Shown here: one piece after another, positions 1 through 12,140 of the stretch
Layout: every line of letters begins with the position of its first letter
Position numbering within the stretch: the first letter of the stretch is position 1
Source of the DNA: Armatimonadota bacterium
GTDB taxonomy: Bacteria > Armatimonadota > Hebobacteria > GCA-020354555 > CP070648
Assembly: GCA_035527535.1 (NCBI GenBank)
Contig: DATLAK010000171.1
Span: 7,638 to 71,637 of the forward strand
DNA: 64,000 nucleotides
Direction: 5' to 3'
The notes under the pieces: model-generated
What the model was told of the DNA's origin: nothing
The model's database searches: none
The model's input: the letters and a program-made list of their open reading frames with translations, nothing else
Made by a program: the position numbers and the translations under genes

Positions 1-43
1 GCGGCTCGAACCCCCGCCGCCAGACCGCGCCCATCTTGCGGTC

Positions 44-1267
44 ATGCCCGATGGCCGCGTACGCGTGGACTCTTATGACAGCGTGCTGTTTTACTCTCCA
101 GGGGGGCCGGGTTCGTTTGCTCGTTTGACCGAGGATAGCACTATCCGGGAGCGACGGGTATTCGATGCCTACCCGAAGTTGGGCGGCCCGTCGTTGCGCA
201 CGCTTGCGCCGTCCGACAGCGCGCTCATGCTGTGGGAGCTGCCGTGGGAAGCGCAGATAGTACAAAACAACTCGCCCATCGTCGGATTCAAGGCGACCTT
301 GAAGAATGCCCCTGCTCACGGCGCCGCCGTCACGCACATCTTCTTTCATGATCTGCCGGATGTCATTCTCTACGACGTCGCATCTGTGCAACGCGGGCAG
401 CCCCCCGAGTCAGCACGGGTGCGTTTCGCCGCCTACGCGACACCGCGTCATAAGTCGTACAACGGCATGCGCTTCTGGAGCGATGATCCTCAGGGGGTAG
501 CGGCGCAGACGTCGGACCACAGAGAAACCATCGTGCCCGGCGAGCCGGAGCACGGGCTGTTCGTCTCGCGCGAGGGGAACTTCTGGATGTACCCCCACCT
601 CACACGCGGCGCGCTGATCGCGCAGTGGAACGGCTACAATGACTGGCGCCGCTATCCGCCGGCGGGGTACGTCATTCGCAAGGACGAATGCGCGGCGATT
701 TACCTGAACGCCACCGACTACTACGCGCAGGTGGTCGAGCTGCACAAGCCGCAGCAGACGCGCTACCAACTGCTGTGGTTCGAGGGAGGGGGCCTGCGCT
801 GCTGGGAGAACATCTTTGACCTGGACGACGCGTTCAACCACCCATGCTCAATCGCGCTGCGTTTGGAAGAGGGCAAAAGCGTAAGAGTCGAGGCCGAGGA
901 GACGGCCGGGCTCAACCGCAACGTGGAAATCGTTGTCTTGTCGCGCGTATTCAACGCCCTCAGCAGCGACTTGGCGGTTTTCCGCGGCGACTCGACGATC
1001 ATGTTGCTGCGCGATGTCAAGGCAGGCTCGCGGCGGTTGCTGGGAACGCTGCCGGTGACGCTGTCGCGCCTCGCGCCTGCGCGATTCGAGATACGCAACG
1101 ACCTAAACCAACCGTTGGAGCAAGTCGAGATCCGGTTGCCCGGAGCGCAGGGTGTGGCGCGCATACGCCACGGCGACCAGTTGGTGAAGGTGATGGAGCG
1201 CGGGCGCGACGCGCTCACTTACCACGCACAGATCGCGCCAGGTTGCACCGAGATCATGGTCGAGTAG
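44..1267 (+). CDS. hypothetical protein (407 aa); reading frame is open to the window start so the N-terminus may lie upstream
   Basis: Long ORF with no in-frame stop between nt 2 and the ATG at 44; no recognisable domain by eye; codon usage matches the surrounding high-GC genes. Confidence 0.45.
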   Translation: MPDGRVRVDSYDSVLFYSPGGPGSFARLTEDSTIRERRVFDAYPKLGGPSLRTLAPSDSALMLWELPWEAQIVQNNSPIVGFKATLKNAPAHGAAVTHIFFHDLPDVILYDVASVQRGQPPESARVRFAAYATPRHKSYNGMRFWSDDPQGVAAQTSDHRETIVPGEPEHGLFVSREGNFWMYPHLTRGALIAQWNGYNDWRRYPPAGYVIRKDECAAIYLNATDYYAQVVELHKPQQTRYQLLWFEGGGLRCWENIFDLDDAFNHPCSIALRLEEGKSVRVEAEETAGLNRNVEIVVLSRVFNALSSDLAVFRGDSTIMLLRDVKAGSRRLLGTLPVTLSRLAPARFEIRNDLNQPLEQVEIRLPGAQGVARIRHGDQLVKVMERGRDALTYHAQIAPGCTEIMVE

Positions 1268-1423
1268 ATATACGTCTTCAGCGTGCACCGCTGCTCCTTC
1301 GAGACAATTGGCGATTGACAGAGCTGCCCCAGCGACAGACGGTCCGGCTTTCGGGGCGGGGGGCGTGAAGTCTGAAAGGATTGTCGAGGGAGCGAACCGA
1401 AAGCCACTGAGGAGGAAGTCGCG

Positions 1424-1762
1424 ATGATCAAGGGCATCGCCCACGTGTGCTTCGTGGCGTGACCTGGAGTCTTCGCTGGCCTTATCGCGCGTGGAGACCT
1501 CGTCCGGGAGGAAACGCTGGTCCGGGCACTTCAAGCGGGATGGATCGCTGGCGCGGGCTTGGATGCCCCGACGCCAGATCCGCTGCCTGGAAGCAGCCGG
1601 CTATGGGATATGCCGAACGCGATCATTAGCCCACATGTGTCCGGCCTCACCCCCAGGCATGGAGAGCGTGCAACCGAGATATTTCTTCGCAACCTGCGCG
1701 CCTTCCTTATCGGCAATCTGGCCGCGATGACAAACGTCATAGGCCCCAAGCTGGGGTACTAG
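1424..1762 (+). pseudogene. C-terminal fragment of a D-isomer-specific 2-hydroxyacid dehydrogenase (SerA/PGDH-like) with an in-frame TGA 12 codons after an ATG
   Basis: Translation ...PGVFAGLIARGDLVREETLVRALQAGWIAGAGLDAPTPDPLPGSSRLWDMPNAIISPHVSGLTP... matches the NAD-binding/C-terminal region of 2-HADH family enzymes (xxRGxLVDExAL...G.iaGAgLDV...P.SPH.SG.T); only ~105 aa of a >300-aa enzyme are present; RBS GAGGAGG precedes ATG 1424, followed by MIKGIAHVCFVA then TGA. Confidence 0.55.
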
Positions 1763-1975
1763 CGATTCCCAAGTGCCTCGAAGTGGGAAGGCAACCTGAA
1801 GCACGCACTCGCGTAAGGAATTGAGATCTTTCGAACTCTGCCTGGCTTCAGGCCCCCAACATCTGTCTCTGCTCCTCCCACTCTGTCGGCAACCGATAGA
1901 GCTTGTCGAGCGATAGGCCGTCTGGCGCCGTGCCGTCGAGGATGGCTTCGACGATGTCCGGCGCCAGTAGTGTAA

Positions 1976-3279
1976 GTCGGAGCCGGCGGTCGCAAACGCC
2001 GGCCACACGCGCTGCGGGTGGTGCTGAGCTACTCCCGCCGGGCCTACAGCGAGGCGGTGTGGCGCCAGGACACGGAAAGCTTCATCCGCTGCCTGGAGAA
2101 TGCCTTCCACCATTTCGGCGGGGTGCCCCCGGACGCTGGTGATCGACAACCTGCGGGCAGCGGTATCCCGAGCCGACTGGTGCTCAGTTAACATAGTTGT
2201 GAATCAAGGACGCCGCAGCCCCCAGGACAGCCGAGGACGGCTGTCCTACCGCGAGAGCGGTGATACCGGTAGGCCAGGCGTCCCGCCTGGCCTCAGATGG
2301 CCATACCTGATCTTGTTGCAGGAATACGTTAACTGAGCACTGGTACGATCCGGAGCTGAATCCGAAGGTCGAGGAGTTTGCCCGCCACTACGCCACGGTG
2401 ATCCTGCCCACCAAGCCGCGTACTCCCCGCCACAAGGGCAAGGTGGAGAACAGCATCGGCTATCTGGCCGGCAACGCGCTCAAGGGCCATCTCTTTTCCA
2501 GCCTGGACGCCCACAACCAGCACCTGCGCCAGTGGGAGACGCAGGTGGCCGACCACCGTATCCACGGCACCACCCGCCGGCAGGTGCGGGCGCTGTTTGA
2601 TGAGCACGAGCGCCAGGCCCTGCTGGCGCTTCCCGAGCAACGATTCCCCTGCTTCCAGGAAGCGCGCCGCAAGGTGCACCGCGACGGTCACATCGAGGTG
2701 GAACGCTCCTACTACTCGGTGCCTCCGGAATACCTGGCCCGGGAAGTCTGGGTGCGCTGGGATAGCCGGGTGGTGCGCATCTATAACGACCGCTTCCCCC
2801 TTCGCTGAAGCTACGGGGGACAAGTCGAGCAGATCGCCATCCACTGCCGGGCACAGCGCGGCGCCTTCAGCACCCAGCAGGCGCATCTGGCTGCCGAGAA
2901 GATCAGCCGGGTCGAACGCGGCGCCGAGTACCTGCTTAGCTGCGCGGGCCTGATCGGCCCCTGGAGTGCCCGCTAGAGCAGGCAGATGATCGAGGCCCGC
3001 GGCGTTGCCGGCATCCGGGTGCTGCAGGGTTTCTTGACCCTGGCCCGCCAGATTCCGACCCCAGTCCTGGAAAGGGCCTGCCAAACCGCCGCCAAGCACC
3101 AGGTGTGGCGGTTGCGCCAACTGCGCCGGCTCTGCCAGCAACACCGCCAGCAGCCGGAGCTGGCGTTGCTGTCGGAGCATCCCCTGATCCGCCCGCTCGA
3201 TGCCTACGACGCCATCGCCCAGTTTCCTGGCGTCTCATTCCGACCGCCGGCGCCCGCACCGGAAATACCATATCCATGA
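1976..3279 (+). pseudogene. istA: IS21-family transposase IstA, 5'-truncated, one frameshift, two in-frame stop codons and a 159-bp insertion
   Basis: Recognisable IstA motifs: VLSYSRRAY...FHHFGGVP / TLVIDNLRAAV (DDE core), KGKVENSIGYL..., C-terminal GIRVLQGFLTLARQIPTPVLERACQTAAKH. HTH and first catalytic D region absent (stop TAA at 1973). Frame change in C5 run ~2126-2130; in-frame TGA at 2806 and TAG at 2974; interrupted at 2181-2339. Confidence 0.7.
2181..2339. mobile_element. MITE-like 159-bp non-autonomous element inserted in istA (12-bp perfect terminal inverted repeats, 4-5-bp target site duplication)
   Basis: Left end TGCTCAGTTAAC (2181-2192), right end GTTAACTGAGCA (2328-2339), flanked by direct CTGG/ACTGG (2176-2180 and 2339-2343); removing the element plus one duplicated target copy restores the IstA frame ...SRADW|YDPELNPK...; internal hairpins GGACAGCCG-AGGA-CGGCTGTCC and CCAGGCG-TCC-CGCCTGG. 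Confidence 0.6.
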
Positions 3280-3320
3280 CGGGCAAAGACTTGTCCGCCT
3301 CTGGCGGAAAGGAGCTGCGT

Positions 3321-4109
3321 ATGAACCCACAACTGCAAACGAGCTTGAAACGCCTTCGACTGTCCGGGCTGGCGAGCACGCTCCAGGTTCGCCTACAGGA
3401 AGCCAGGACCAACCAACTGGGCCATGAGGAGTTCCTCGAATTGCTGCTCCAGGACGAGCTGGCGCTGCGCGATCAGCGCCTGCTCCAACGGCGGCTGCAG
3501 GCCACCCACTTCCGGGAGCACAAGACGCTGGAGGACTTCCACTGGGACTTCAACCCCGCTATCCCCCGCCGCGAGGTAATGGAGTTGGCCACCTGCCGCT
3601 TCGTCGAGCAGGGACGGGGAATCCTGTTCATCGGCCCGCCGGGCACCGGCAAGAGCCATCTCGCCCAAGCTATCGGCTACCAGACCATCAAGCTCGGTTA
3701 CACCGTCCTGTATCGCTCGATCTTTGATCTCGTGCGCGATCTGGCTGCGGACCAGGCGCTCGCCGGCCAGGACAAGCTGCTGGAGCGCTACCTCAAGCCC
3801 GAACTGCTGATCATCGACGACATGGGACTAAGACGCATCCCGCCCCACTCGGGGGAGCATCTGTTCGAGATCATCATGCGCCGCCACGAGGTGCGATCCA
3901 CCATCATGACCTCCAACCGGCCCATCGAGGAATGGGGTAAGCTGCTTGGCGACGTCCCCGCCGCCGGGGCCATCCTCGACCGCTTCCTGCAGCACGCCCA
4001 GGTCATCACCATGGCCGGGCGCAGCTTCCGGCTCAAGGACAAGGCCCAAACTGAGGCCACAAAACCGTCAACCAAGCAGGAAAACAGCAAGCCCAAGAAG
4101 GATAACTAA
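3321..4109 (+). CDS. istB: IS21-family helper ATPase IstB (apparently intact)
   Basis: Walker A GPPGTGKSHLA, Walker B LLIIDDMG, IstB-typical HWDFNP... and SNRPIEEWG motifs; RBS GGAAAGGAG upstream of ATG 3321 (long ORF from 3105 has a less plausible N-extension). Confidence 0.8.
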   Translation: MNPQLQTSLKRLRLSGLASTLQVRLQEARTNQLGHEEFLELLLQDELALRDQRLLQRRLQATHFREHKTLEDFHWDFNPAIPRREVMELATCRFVEQGRGILFIGPPGTGKSHLAQAIGYQTIKLGYTVLYRSIFDLVRDLAADQALAGQDKLLERYLKPELLIIDDMGLRRIPPHSGEHLFEIIMRRHEVRSTIMTSNRPIEEWGKLLGDVPAAGAILDRFLQHAQVITMAGRSFRLKDKAQTEATKPSTKQENSKPKKDN

Positions 4110-4174
4110 CTGGCTGGTCTTGAATCGACCGTGAGTGGTTGGTTTTCAACTGACCGGCGACAGGTTCACGCGCG

Positions 4175-5428
4175 GTGAAGCGGCTCTCTCTCCTGCTCCT
4201 GCTCGCACTCCTGCCCTTCGGCTGCCATGGAGGCAAGCCGGTGACGGAGCTCGAACTGTGGATCACCGATGCCCTCCCGGACACGCGGGATTTGATTGAC
4301 AAGCAGCTCGTGCCGCGCTTCGAGGCCGCCCATCCGGGGGTGAAGGTGAATACCCAGTACATCGCCTGGGCGAACATAGATCAGAAGCTAACCATCAGCT
4401 TTGCCGGCGGCGTCCAGCCCGATGTCTTCCAGGTCGGCGCCGAGTACGTCGGCGGGCTGGCCTATCGCGGCATGGCCGAGCCGCTGGACGGTCGCGTCGC
4501 CAGGTGGGGCCAGAAGGACGATTTCTTCCCCGCCTCCTGGAGCACGTGCGTATACCACGGCAGGACCTACGGGCTGCCCTATCTCTCCGCCCCGCGGGTC
4601 CTGCTCTATCGCAAGGACTTGCTGCGCCAGGCCGGCTTCTCCCACCCGCCCGACACCTGGGAAGAGCTGGCCGCGGCCGCGGAGAAGATGACCCGCCGCA
4701 AGGGGAAGAGCATCGAGTTCGCGGGCATGAACCTGCCCGTCTCCTGGCAGGTGTTCGTCGAGTTCCTGTGGGAGAATGGCGGGCAGATCTTCAACGAGGA
4801 AGGGACGCGCTCGCGGCTCGACTCGCCCGAAGCGATCGAGGCCTTGCAGTTCTACGTGGACCTCTACAACAAGTACCAGGTCTGCCCCACCGCGCCCATG
4901 CCCACCGCCGGCGGCTCCGTCCCGGTCTTCGCCTCGCAGAGAGCCGCGATGCAGTTCATGAACCAGACCGGCATCAAGAACGTGAAGCAGTACGCGCCCG
5001 CGCTGCTCCCGAAGGTGGGGATCGCGGCCCCACCGCGGCGCAAGCAGCGCGTCGTCTCCGTGTACACGGACTGGCTGGCGATGTCGCCCCAGAGCCCGCA
5101 CAAGGACCTCGCCTGGGAGCTGATGACCTTCCTGATGGAGCCGGACAACCTCGCCGCCTACAACTCCACCCTCTTCTTCATCCCCCCGCGGCGCTCCGCG
5201 GTGAAGGCGGCGCAGTTCATGCAGCAGAATCCGCAGCTTCAGGAGTTCGTTTCCCTCATGGATCGGTACGGCCGCTCCCTGCCCGCGATCCCGGAGTGGT
5301 TCGAGATCCGCACCGGCCTCCAGTCCGCCGTCTCTGCCGCGGTCTATAGGACGAAGACCCCGGAGCAGGCCCTGCGCGACTACTCGAAAGAGCTGGACGA
5401 GCTGTTGGCCGAGAGGACGAGGGGATGA
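4175..5428 (+). CDS. ABC transporter substrate-binding lipoprotein, carbohydrate family (SBP family 1)
   Basis: N-terminal lipoprotein signal [17 protein letters not shown]; extracellular solute-binding protein family 1 length/architecture; GTG start; followed by MalF/MalG-type permeases. Confidence 0.75.
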   Translation: MKRLSLLLLLALLPFGCHGGKPVTELELWITDALPDTRDLIDKQLVPRFEAAHPGVKVNTQYIAWANIDQKLTISFAGGVQPDVFQVGAEYVGGLAYRGMAEPLDGRVARWGQKDDFFPASWSTCVYHGRTYGLPYLSAPRVLLYRKDLLRQAGFSHPPDTWEELAAAAEKMTRRKGKSIEFAGMNLPVSWQVFVEFLWENGGQIFNEEGTRSRLDSPEAIEALQFYVDLYNKYQVCPTAPMPTAGGSVPVFASQRAAMQFMNQTGIKNVKQYAPALLPKVGIAAPPRRKQRVVSVYTDWLAMSPQSPHKDLAWELMTFLMEPDNLAAYNSTLFFIPPRRSAVKAAQFMQQNPQLQEFVSLMDRYGRSLPAIPEWFEIRTGLQSAVSAAVYRTKTPEQALRDYSKELDELLAERTRG

Positions 5429-6393
5429 AGACCTTCCTGCGCGCCCTACGTTATCTCACTCCCTATTGGCCCTGGCAAGTCGGGGCCCTGGTGTGCGCGT
5501 TTGTCGTCACCGCCTCCAGCTTCATCTGGCCCTACGCCAGCAAGCACCTCCTCGATGACGTGCTCATCCCGAAGCAGCCACCGGCCCATCGGGAGCGGAT
5601 CGTGGTAACGATCGTCCTGGTCACGCTCGCCTGCATCCTCCTGGGCGAGGCCTTCAAACTGCTGCGCGCCTACCTCTTCACCCGTGCGGGCGAGGGGGCC
5701 GCCGCCGATCTGCGCCGCGACTTGTTCCACCACCTGCATCGCCTCCCCATGACCTACTTCGACCGGCGCAAGACCGGCGGCATCATGTCGGTGCTGCAGG
5801 CGGATGTCGAGGCCCTGCGGGCGCTCTACTCCTCACTCCTCGTAGAGATGATCTCGAACCTCCTTCAGGTCGCGACCACGGTCGCCATCCTCACCGCATA
5901 CCATCCCCGGCTGACCCTCATCGGACTTCCGATCCCGATCGCCTTCGGCCGCAAGGGCGCGAAGGAAAAGGAGATCGTTGCCGCCGCCCAGTCCGCCAAC
6001 GCGCACGACTTCATCAGGTCGCTGCCGGAGGGGTATAGCACAGAAGTAGGCGAGGGCGGCACCCGTCTCTCCGTGGGACAGAAGCAGCGCCTCGCCATCG
6101 CCCGCGCGAGCCTGCGCGACCCGCGCCTCCTGGTGCTGGATGAAGCGACCCCCGCACAGGACTCCGAGTCCGAGCGCCTGGTGCAGGAGGCCATGGACCG
6201 GCTGATGGAGGGACGCACCTCCGCCCACCGCCTCTCCAGCGTGCTGCGCGCGGATCGCATTGCGGTATTGAATGAAGGGCGCGTGACGCAGACCGGCTCG
6301 CACGCCGAACTGCTCGCCATGGGCGGCACCTACGCCCGCCTCTACGCGCTGCAGTTCGAAGTTGCGCTCGAGGTAGAACATGGCACCGCCTAG
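5425..6393 (+). CDS. ABC exporter remnant (MsbA-like fused TMD-NBD) with in-frame internal deletion; probably non-functional
   Basis: Only ~3 TM helices then jumps directly to the NBD C-terminus: degenerate signature LSVGQKQR, Walker [13 protein letters not shown]-loop SAHRLSS; Walker A, Q-loop and TM4-6 missing; 322 aa vs ~580 expected; ATG overlaps upstream stop (ATGA). Confidence 0.55.
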   Translation: MKTFLRALRYLTPYWPWQVGALVCAFVVTASSFIWPYASKHLLDDVLIPKQPPAHRERIVVTIVLVTLACILLGEAFKLLRAYLFTRAGEGAAADLRRDLFHHLHRLPMTYFDRRKTGGIMSVLQADVEALRALYSSLLVEMISNLLQVATTVAILTAYHPRLTLIGLPIPIAFGRKGAKEKEIVAAAQSANAHDFIRSLPEGYSTEVGEGGTRLSVGQKQRLAIARASLRDPRLLVLDEATPAQDSESERLVQEAMDRLMEGRTSAHRLSSVLRADRIAVLNEGRVTQTGSHAELLAMGGTYARLYALQFEVALEVEHGTA

Positions 6394-7288
6394 CGCCGCC
6401 CGTCGCGAACAGCGCGCCGCCTACCTCTTCCTCACCCCCGGGCTGGCCCTCTTCCTCGTCTTCACCGTCATCCCCGTGTTCGCCGCGCTCTACCTCTCGT
6501 TCTGCCGCTACGACGTGATCCACGCGCCGAGTTGGCTGGGGGTGAAGAACTACGCGCGCCTGTGGGAGGACCTGCGCAGCGGCGGCGTCTTCTTCCTCTC
6601 CCTGCGCAACACCGCGCAGTACGCCCTCGGCACTATCCCCCTCGGCATGGCCCTCGCGCTCGGACTGGCCCTGCTGCTCAACGCCGGCATCAGAGGCATG
6701 GGCCTGTATCGAACCACCTACTACCTGCCGGTGGTAACCAGCATGGTGGCCGTGGCCATGGTGTGGATGTGGATTTACGATCCGAGCTATGGGCTGCTGA
6801 ACTATCTCTTGGGCAAGCTCTCCTTCGGCCGGCTCGCGCCGCAGGCCTGGCTCGGGAGCCCGGGGGAGGCGATGCCCGCGATCGTCGCCATGTCCGTGTG
6901 GAAGGGGCTGGGGTACAACACCGTCATCTACCTCGCCGGCCTGCAGGGGATCCCGGAGCATCTCTACGAGGCCGCGACCATGGACGGCGCGGGCGCCTGG
7001 CAGCGCTTTCGTCGCATCACCTGGCCCCTGCTCAAGCCCACCACCGCCTTCATCCTCGTGGTCTCCGTGATCGGCGCCTCCCAGGTCTTCTCGCAGGTGT
7101 ACGTCATGACCAACGGCGGACCCAACAACGCCACCACCACCATCGTCTACCAGATCTTCCAGAACGCGTTCAGCTACATGAAGATGGGCTATGCCTCGGC
7201 CATGGCCTTCGTGCTCTTCGGGCTGATCTTCGTGCTCTCCCTCCTCACGCTGCGGCTCACCCGAGGGGGTCAGGTGGAGTACTCATGA
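6380..7288 (+). CDS. carbohydrate ABC transporter permease (MalF/UgpA-like)
   Basis: Six predicted TM helices; EAA motif [24 protein letters not shown]; start overlaps upstream gene. Confidence 0.8.
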   Translation: MAPPSAARREQRAAYLFLTPGLALFLVFTVIPVFAALYLSFCRYDVIHAPSWLGVKNYARLWEDLRSGGVFFLSLRNTAQYALGTIPLGMALALGLALLLNAGIRGMGLYRTTYYLPVVTSMVAVAMVWMWIYDPSYGLLNYLLGKLSFGRLAPQAWLGSPGEAMPAIVAMSVWKGLGYNTVIYLAGLQGIPEHLYEAATMDGAGAWQRFRRITWPLLKPTTAFILVVSVIGASQVFSQVYVMTNGGPNNATTTIVYQIFQNAFSYMKMGYASAMAFVLFGLIFVLSLLTLRLTRGGQVEYS

Positions 7289-8148
7289 GGCCGAGACTCA
7301 GCATCCAAGCCCTCCTCCATCTCTTCCTCGCCCTGGGCGCGGTGAGCATGATCCTGCCCTTCTTGTGGATGCTCTCGACGTCGCTCAAACCGGAGTCGCA
7401 GATCTTCGCCTCCCCCACCTGGCTGCCCAAGGTTTGGCAATGGAGCAACTACTCCGCCGCGATGGCCGCCGCCCCCTTCGCCCGATACTTCGCCAACACC
7501 GTGCTCTACTCCACGCTCGTCACGACCTCGAACCTCCTCCTCTGCTCCCTCGCCGCCTACGCCTTCGCGCGCCTCAATTTTCGGGGAAAGAACCTGCTTT
7601 TCGTGCTCGTGCTCGCCACCATGATGATCCCCGGACAGGTGACCATGGTGCCGGTGTTCGTCATGCTCAAGCATTGGCCTCTCGCGGGCGGCAACCACCT
7701 CCTGGGCGCCGGCGGGCACGGCCTGCTGAACAGCTACACCGGCCTCGTGCTCCCGGGCGCGGTGGGCGCGTTCGGCATCTTCCTCCTGCGCCAGTTCTTC
7801 ATGACCCTCCCCCGCGAGCTCGAGGACGCCGCCCGCATAGACGGCTGCTCCGAGTTCGGCATCTACTGGCGCATCATCCTCCCCCTCTCCAAACCCGCCC
7901 TCGCGACGCTGGGCATCTTCACCTTCACCGCCGCCTGGAACGAGTTCCTCTGGCCCCTCCTCATCACCAGCAAGGACTCCATGAAAACCCTCCAGCTCGG
8001 CCTCCAGATCTTCCAGACCCAGTACACCACGCGCTGGGACCTCCTCATGGCCGGCACCGTCGTCGTCACCCTCCCCGTCCTCCTCCTCTTTCTCTTCGGC
8101 CAGAAGTACTTCACGCGGGGGATCGCGATGAGCGGGATGAAGGGGTAG
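7285..8148 (+). CDS. carbohydrate ABC transporter permease (MalG/UgpE-like)
   Basis: EAA motif EDAARIDGCSEFGIYWRIILPLSKP; ATG 7285 overlaps upstream TGA (ATGA); the longer ORF from 6532 is an out-of-frame overlap artefact. Confidence 0.8.
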   Translation: MRPRLSIQALLHLFLALGAVSMILPFLWMLSTSLKPESQIFASPTWLPKVWQWSNYSAAMAAAPFARYFANTVLYSTLVTTSNLLLCSLAAYAFARLNFRGKNLLFVLVLATMMIPGQVTMVPVFVMLKHWPLAGGNHLLGAGGHGLLNSYTGLVLPGAVGAFGIFLLRQFFMTLPRELEDAARIDGCSEFGIYWRIILPLSKPALATLGIFTFTAAWNEFLWPLLITSKDSMKTLQLGLQIFQTQYTTRWDLLMAGTVVVTLPVLLLFLFGQKYFTRGIAMSGMKG

Positions 8149-8287
8149 CCCTGGGAGCGCAGGCGTCTCGCCTGCCGCGCCGCCTGGGCGACGAGGACGG
8201 GCGTGTTCCCGATCCGACCAGCTTCCTTCGTAAACGGCCCCCCGCGTCTTCGTGTCTATGAAAGCAGCGCTCCCGAAGGAGAGGACC

Positions 8288-8577
8288 ATGCTACCGTCCC
8301 GCCGACTGTGGGTCGGCCTGCTGCTGACCGCGGTTGCGGTCACGCTCTCGGCGGCTCCCGCGTTCAGTGGGTTGCTGATCTTGCAGCAGCCGCCGGTGTT
8401 GGTGCAGGGGCATTGGTACGCGCCGGTCCGGCCGCTGGCGGCGTGGCTGGGGGCCTCGGTCACCTGGCAGTCAACATCCTATGCGAAACTCAATAGTGCA
8501 GACGCCGCACGACATTGCTTGTCAGTGGGAGGCATTTATGGTATAGTAACGATAATCTCCACCAGAGGAGTGCTAGC
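8288..8577 (+). pseudogene. truncated small secreted protein with copper-amine-oxidase N-terminal-like (stalk) domain; reads through into ilvE out of frame
   Basis: RBS AGGAGAGG + ATG 8288; signal peptide MLPSRRLWVGLLLTAVAVTLSAAPAFSG; motif VQGHWYAPVRPLAAWLGASVTWQ resembles Cu_amine_oxidN1 repeats (g..yvPlR.va..lGa.v.W); the ORF continues to 8830 only by overlapping ilvE. Confidence 0.25.
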
Positions 8578-9465
8578 TTGGATCGACTGGTCTATATCAA
8601 CGGCCAGTTTGCTCCCGCTGCTGAGGCGCGGATCTCGGTCTTTGATCACGGACTGCTGTACGGGGATGGTGTATTCGAGGGCATCAGGGCTTACAACGGG
8701 CGGGTTTTCCGCCTCGAACAGCACCTGGAGCGCCTATACGACAGCGCCAAGGCGCTCCTGCTGGAGATTCCTCTCTCGGCGGATGAGATGCGGGAAGCGG
8801 TGCTGGAGTCCCTGCGTCGCAATGACCTGAGCGACGGGTACCTGCGGCTGGTCGTCACCCGCGGCCGCGGCGACCTCGGCCTCGATCCGCGCAAGTGCCG
8901 CGACGGCGCCACCGTCATCATCATCGCCGACAGCATCGAGCTCTACCCGCGGGAGTTTTACGAGCGCGGGCTCGAGGTGCTGACCGTGGTCACCCGGCGC
9001 AACCTGCCGGAAGCCATTAACCCAGCCATCAAGTCCCTCAACTACCTCAACAACGTGCTGGCCAAGATCGAGGTCTGCCAGGCCGGGTTGCTCGAAGGCA
9101 TCATGCTCAACCACGAGGGTTACGTGGCGGAGGCCACCGGCGACAACATCTTCCTCTACGCCGACGGGCGCCTGGTCACGCCGCCGCTGTCGGTTGGCAT
9201 TCTCAATGGCATTACGCGCGCGGCGGTTATCGAACTGGCCGCGAACTTGGGTATACCGGTATCGGAGGAACGTTTTACGCGCTACGTCGTCTATACAGCG
9301 GACGAGTGCTTCCTGACCGGGACCGCGGCAGAGATCATCCCGGTGGTGACGGTGGACGGCCGCAAGATCGGCGAGGGAGTGCCGGGCGCGGTTACCAGGA
9401 AGCTGATGGAGCGATTCACGGCACTGACGCGCAGCGAGGGAGTGCCGATCGCACCGCGACTGTGA
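8578..9465 (+). CDS. ilvE: branched-chain amino acid aminotransferase (PLP fold type IV)
   Basis: N-terminal VYINGQFAPAAEARISVFDHGLLYGDGVFEGIRAY and class IV aminotransferase core; start taken as TTG 8578 preceded by AGGAG (8565-8569); ORF-track start 8515 gives an implausible N-extension. Confidence 0.8.
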   Translation: MDRLVYINGQFAPAAEARISVFDHGLLYGDGVFEGIRAYNGRVFRLEQHLERLYDSAKALLLEIPLSADEMREAVLESLRRNDLSDGYLRLVVTRGRGDLGLDPRKCRDGATVIIIADSIELYPREFYERGLEVLTVVTRRNLPEAINPAIKSLNYLNNVLAKIEVCQAGLLEGIMLNHEGYVAEATGDNIFLYADGRLVTPPLSVGILNGITRAAVIELAANLGIPVSEERFTRYVVYTADECFLTGTAAEIIPVVTVDGRKIGEGVPGAVTRKLMERFTALTRSEGVPIAPRL

Positions 9466-9526
9466 AGGTGATGGCCGCCCGGGAGGGGGTGCTCGTGGCG
9501 GCAGGTGGTTACGGAGGAAAGGGTGG

Positions 9527-12031
<2,505 letters not shown>

Positions 12032-12140
12032 GGGGGGTCGAACATACCGGGCGCACGCTTTCGCCCCCGGCGGTGCGCCGCGCGGGGGCGTTTCCTTTTC
12101 CCCGCCTTCCGCTCCGCGCGCCTAACCGGATCGCCAAACC

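Noticed and set aside
1424-1465. In-frame TGA after MIKGIAHVCFVA as a possible selenocysteine or programmed readthrough site
   Set aside because: No SECIS-like hairpin immediately downstream. The downstream reading frame is only a C-terminal fragment of a dehydrogenase, so gene decay is the simpler explanation.
2806-2976. Two in-frame stops (TGA, TAG) in istA as evidence of stop-codon reassignment in this organism
   Set aside because: All other genes in the window terminate normally at TGA/TAG/TAA with proper domain ends. The same gene also has a frameshift, a 5' truncation and a MITE insertion, so it is a pseudogene.
6014-6961. Long antisense ORFs in the high-GC + strand region: 6014-6961(-), 7270-8463(-), 9938-11971(-), 12872-13552(-), 13351-14742(-), 15538-16851(-), 16848-18506(-), 18352-19398(-), 25860-27977(-), 30933-32114(-), 35323-36648(-)
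   Set aside because: Each lies opposite a gene with clear family motifs. Long stop-free antisense frames are expected at ~68% G+C. Their translations are Arg/Ala/Gly/Pro-rich low complexity with no motifs.
12032-12140. GC-rich inverted repeats between clpC and radA as an intrinsic terminator
   Set aside because: Could not define a clean stem-loop (imperfect, interrupted complementarity) and no U-tract. Too uncertain to list as a feature.
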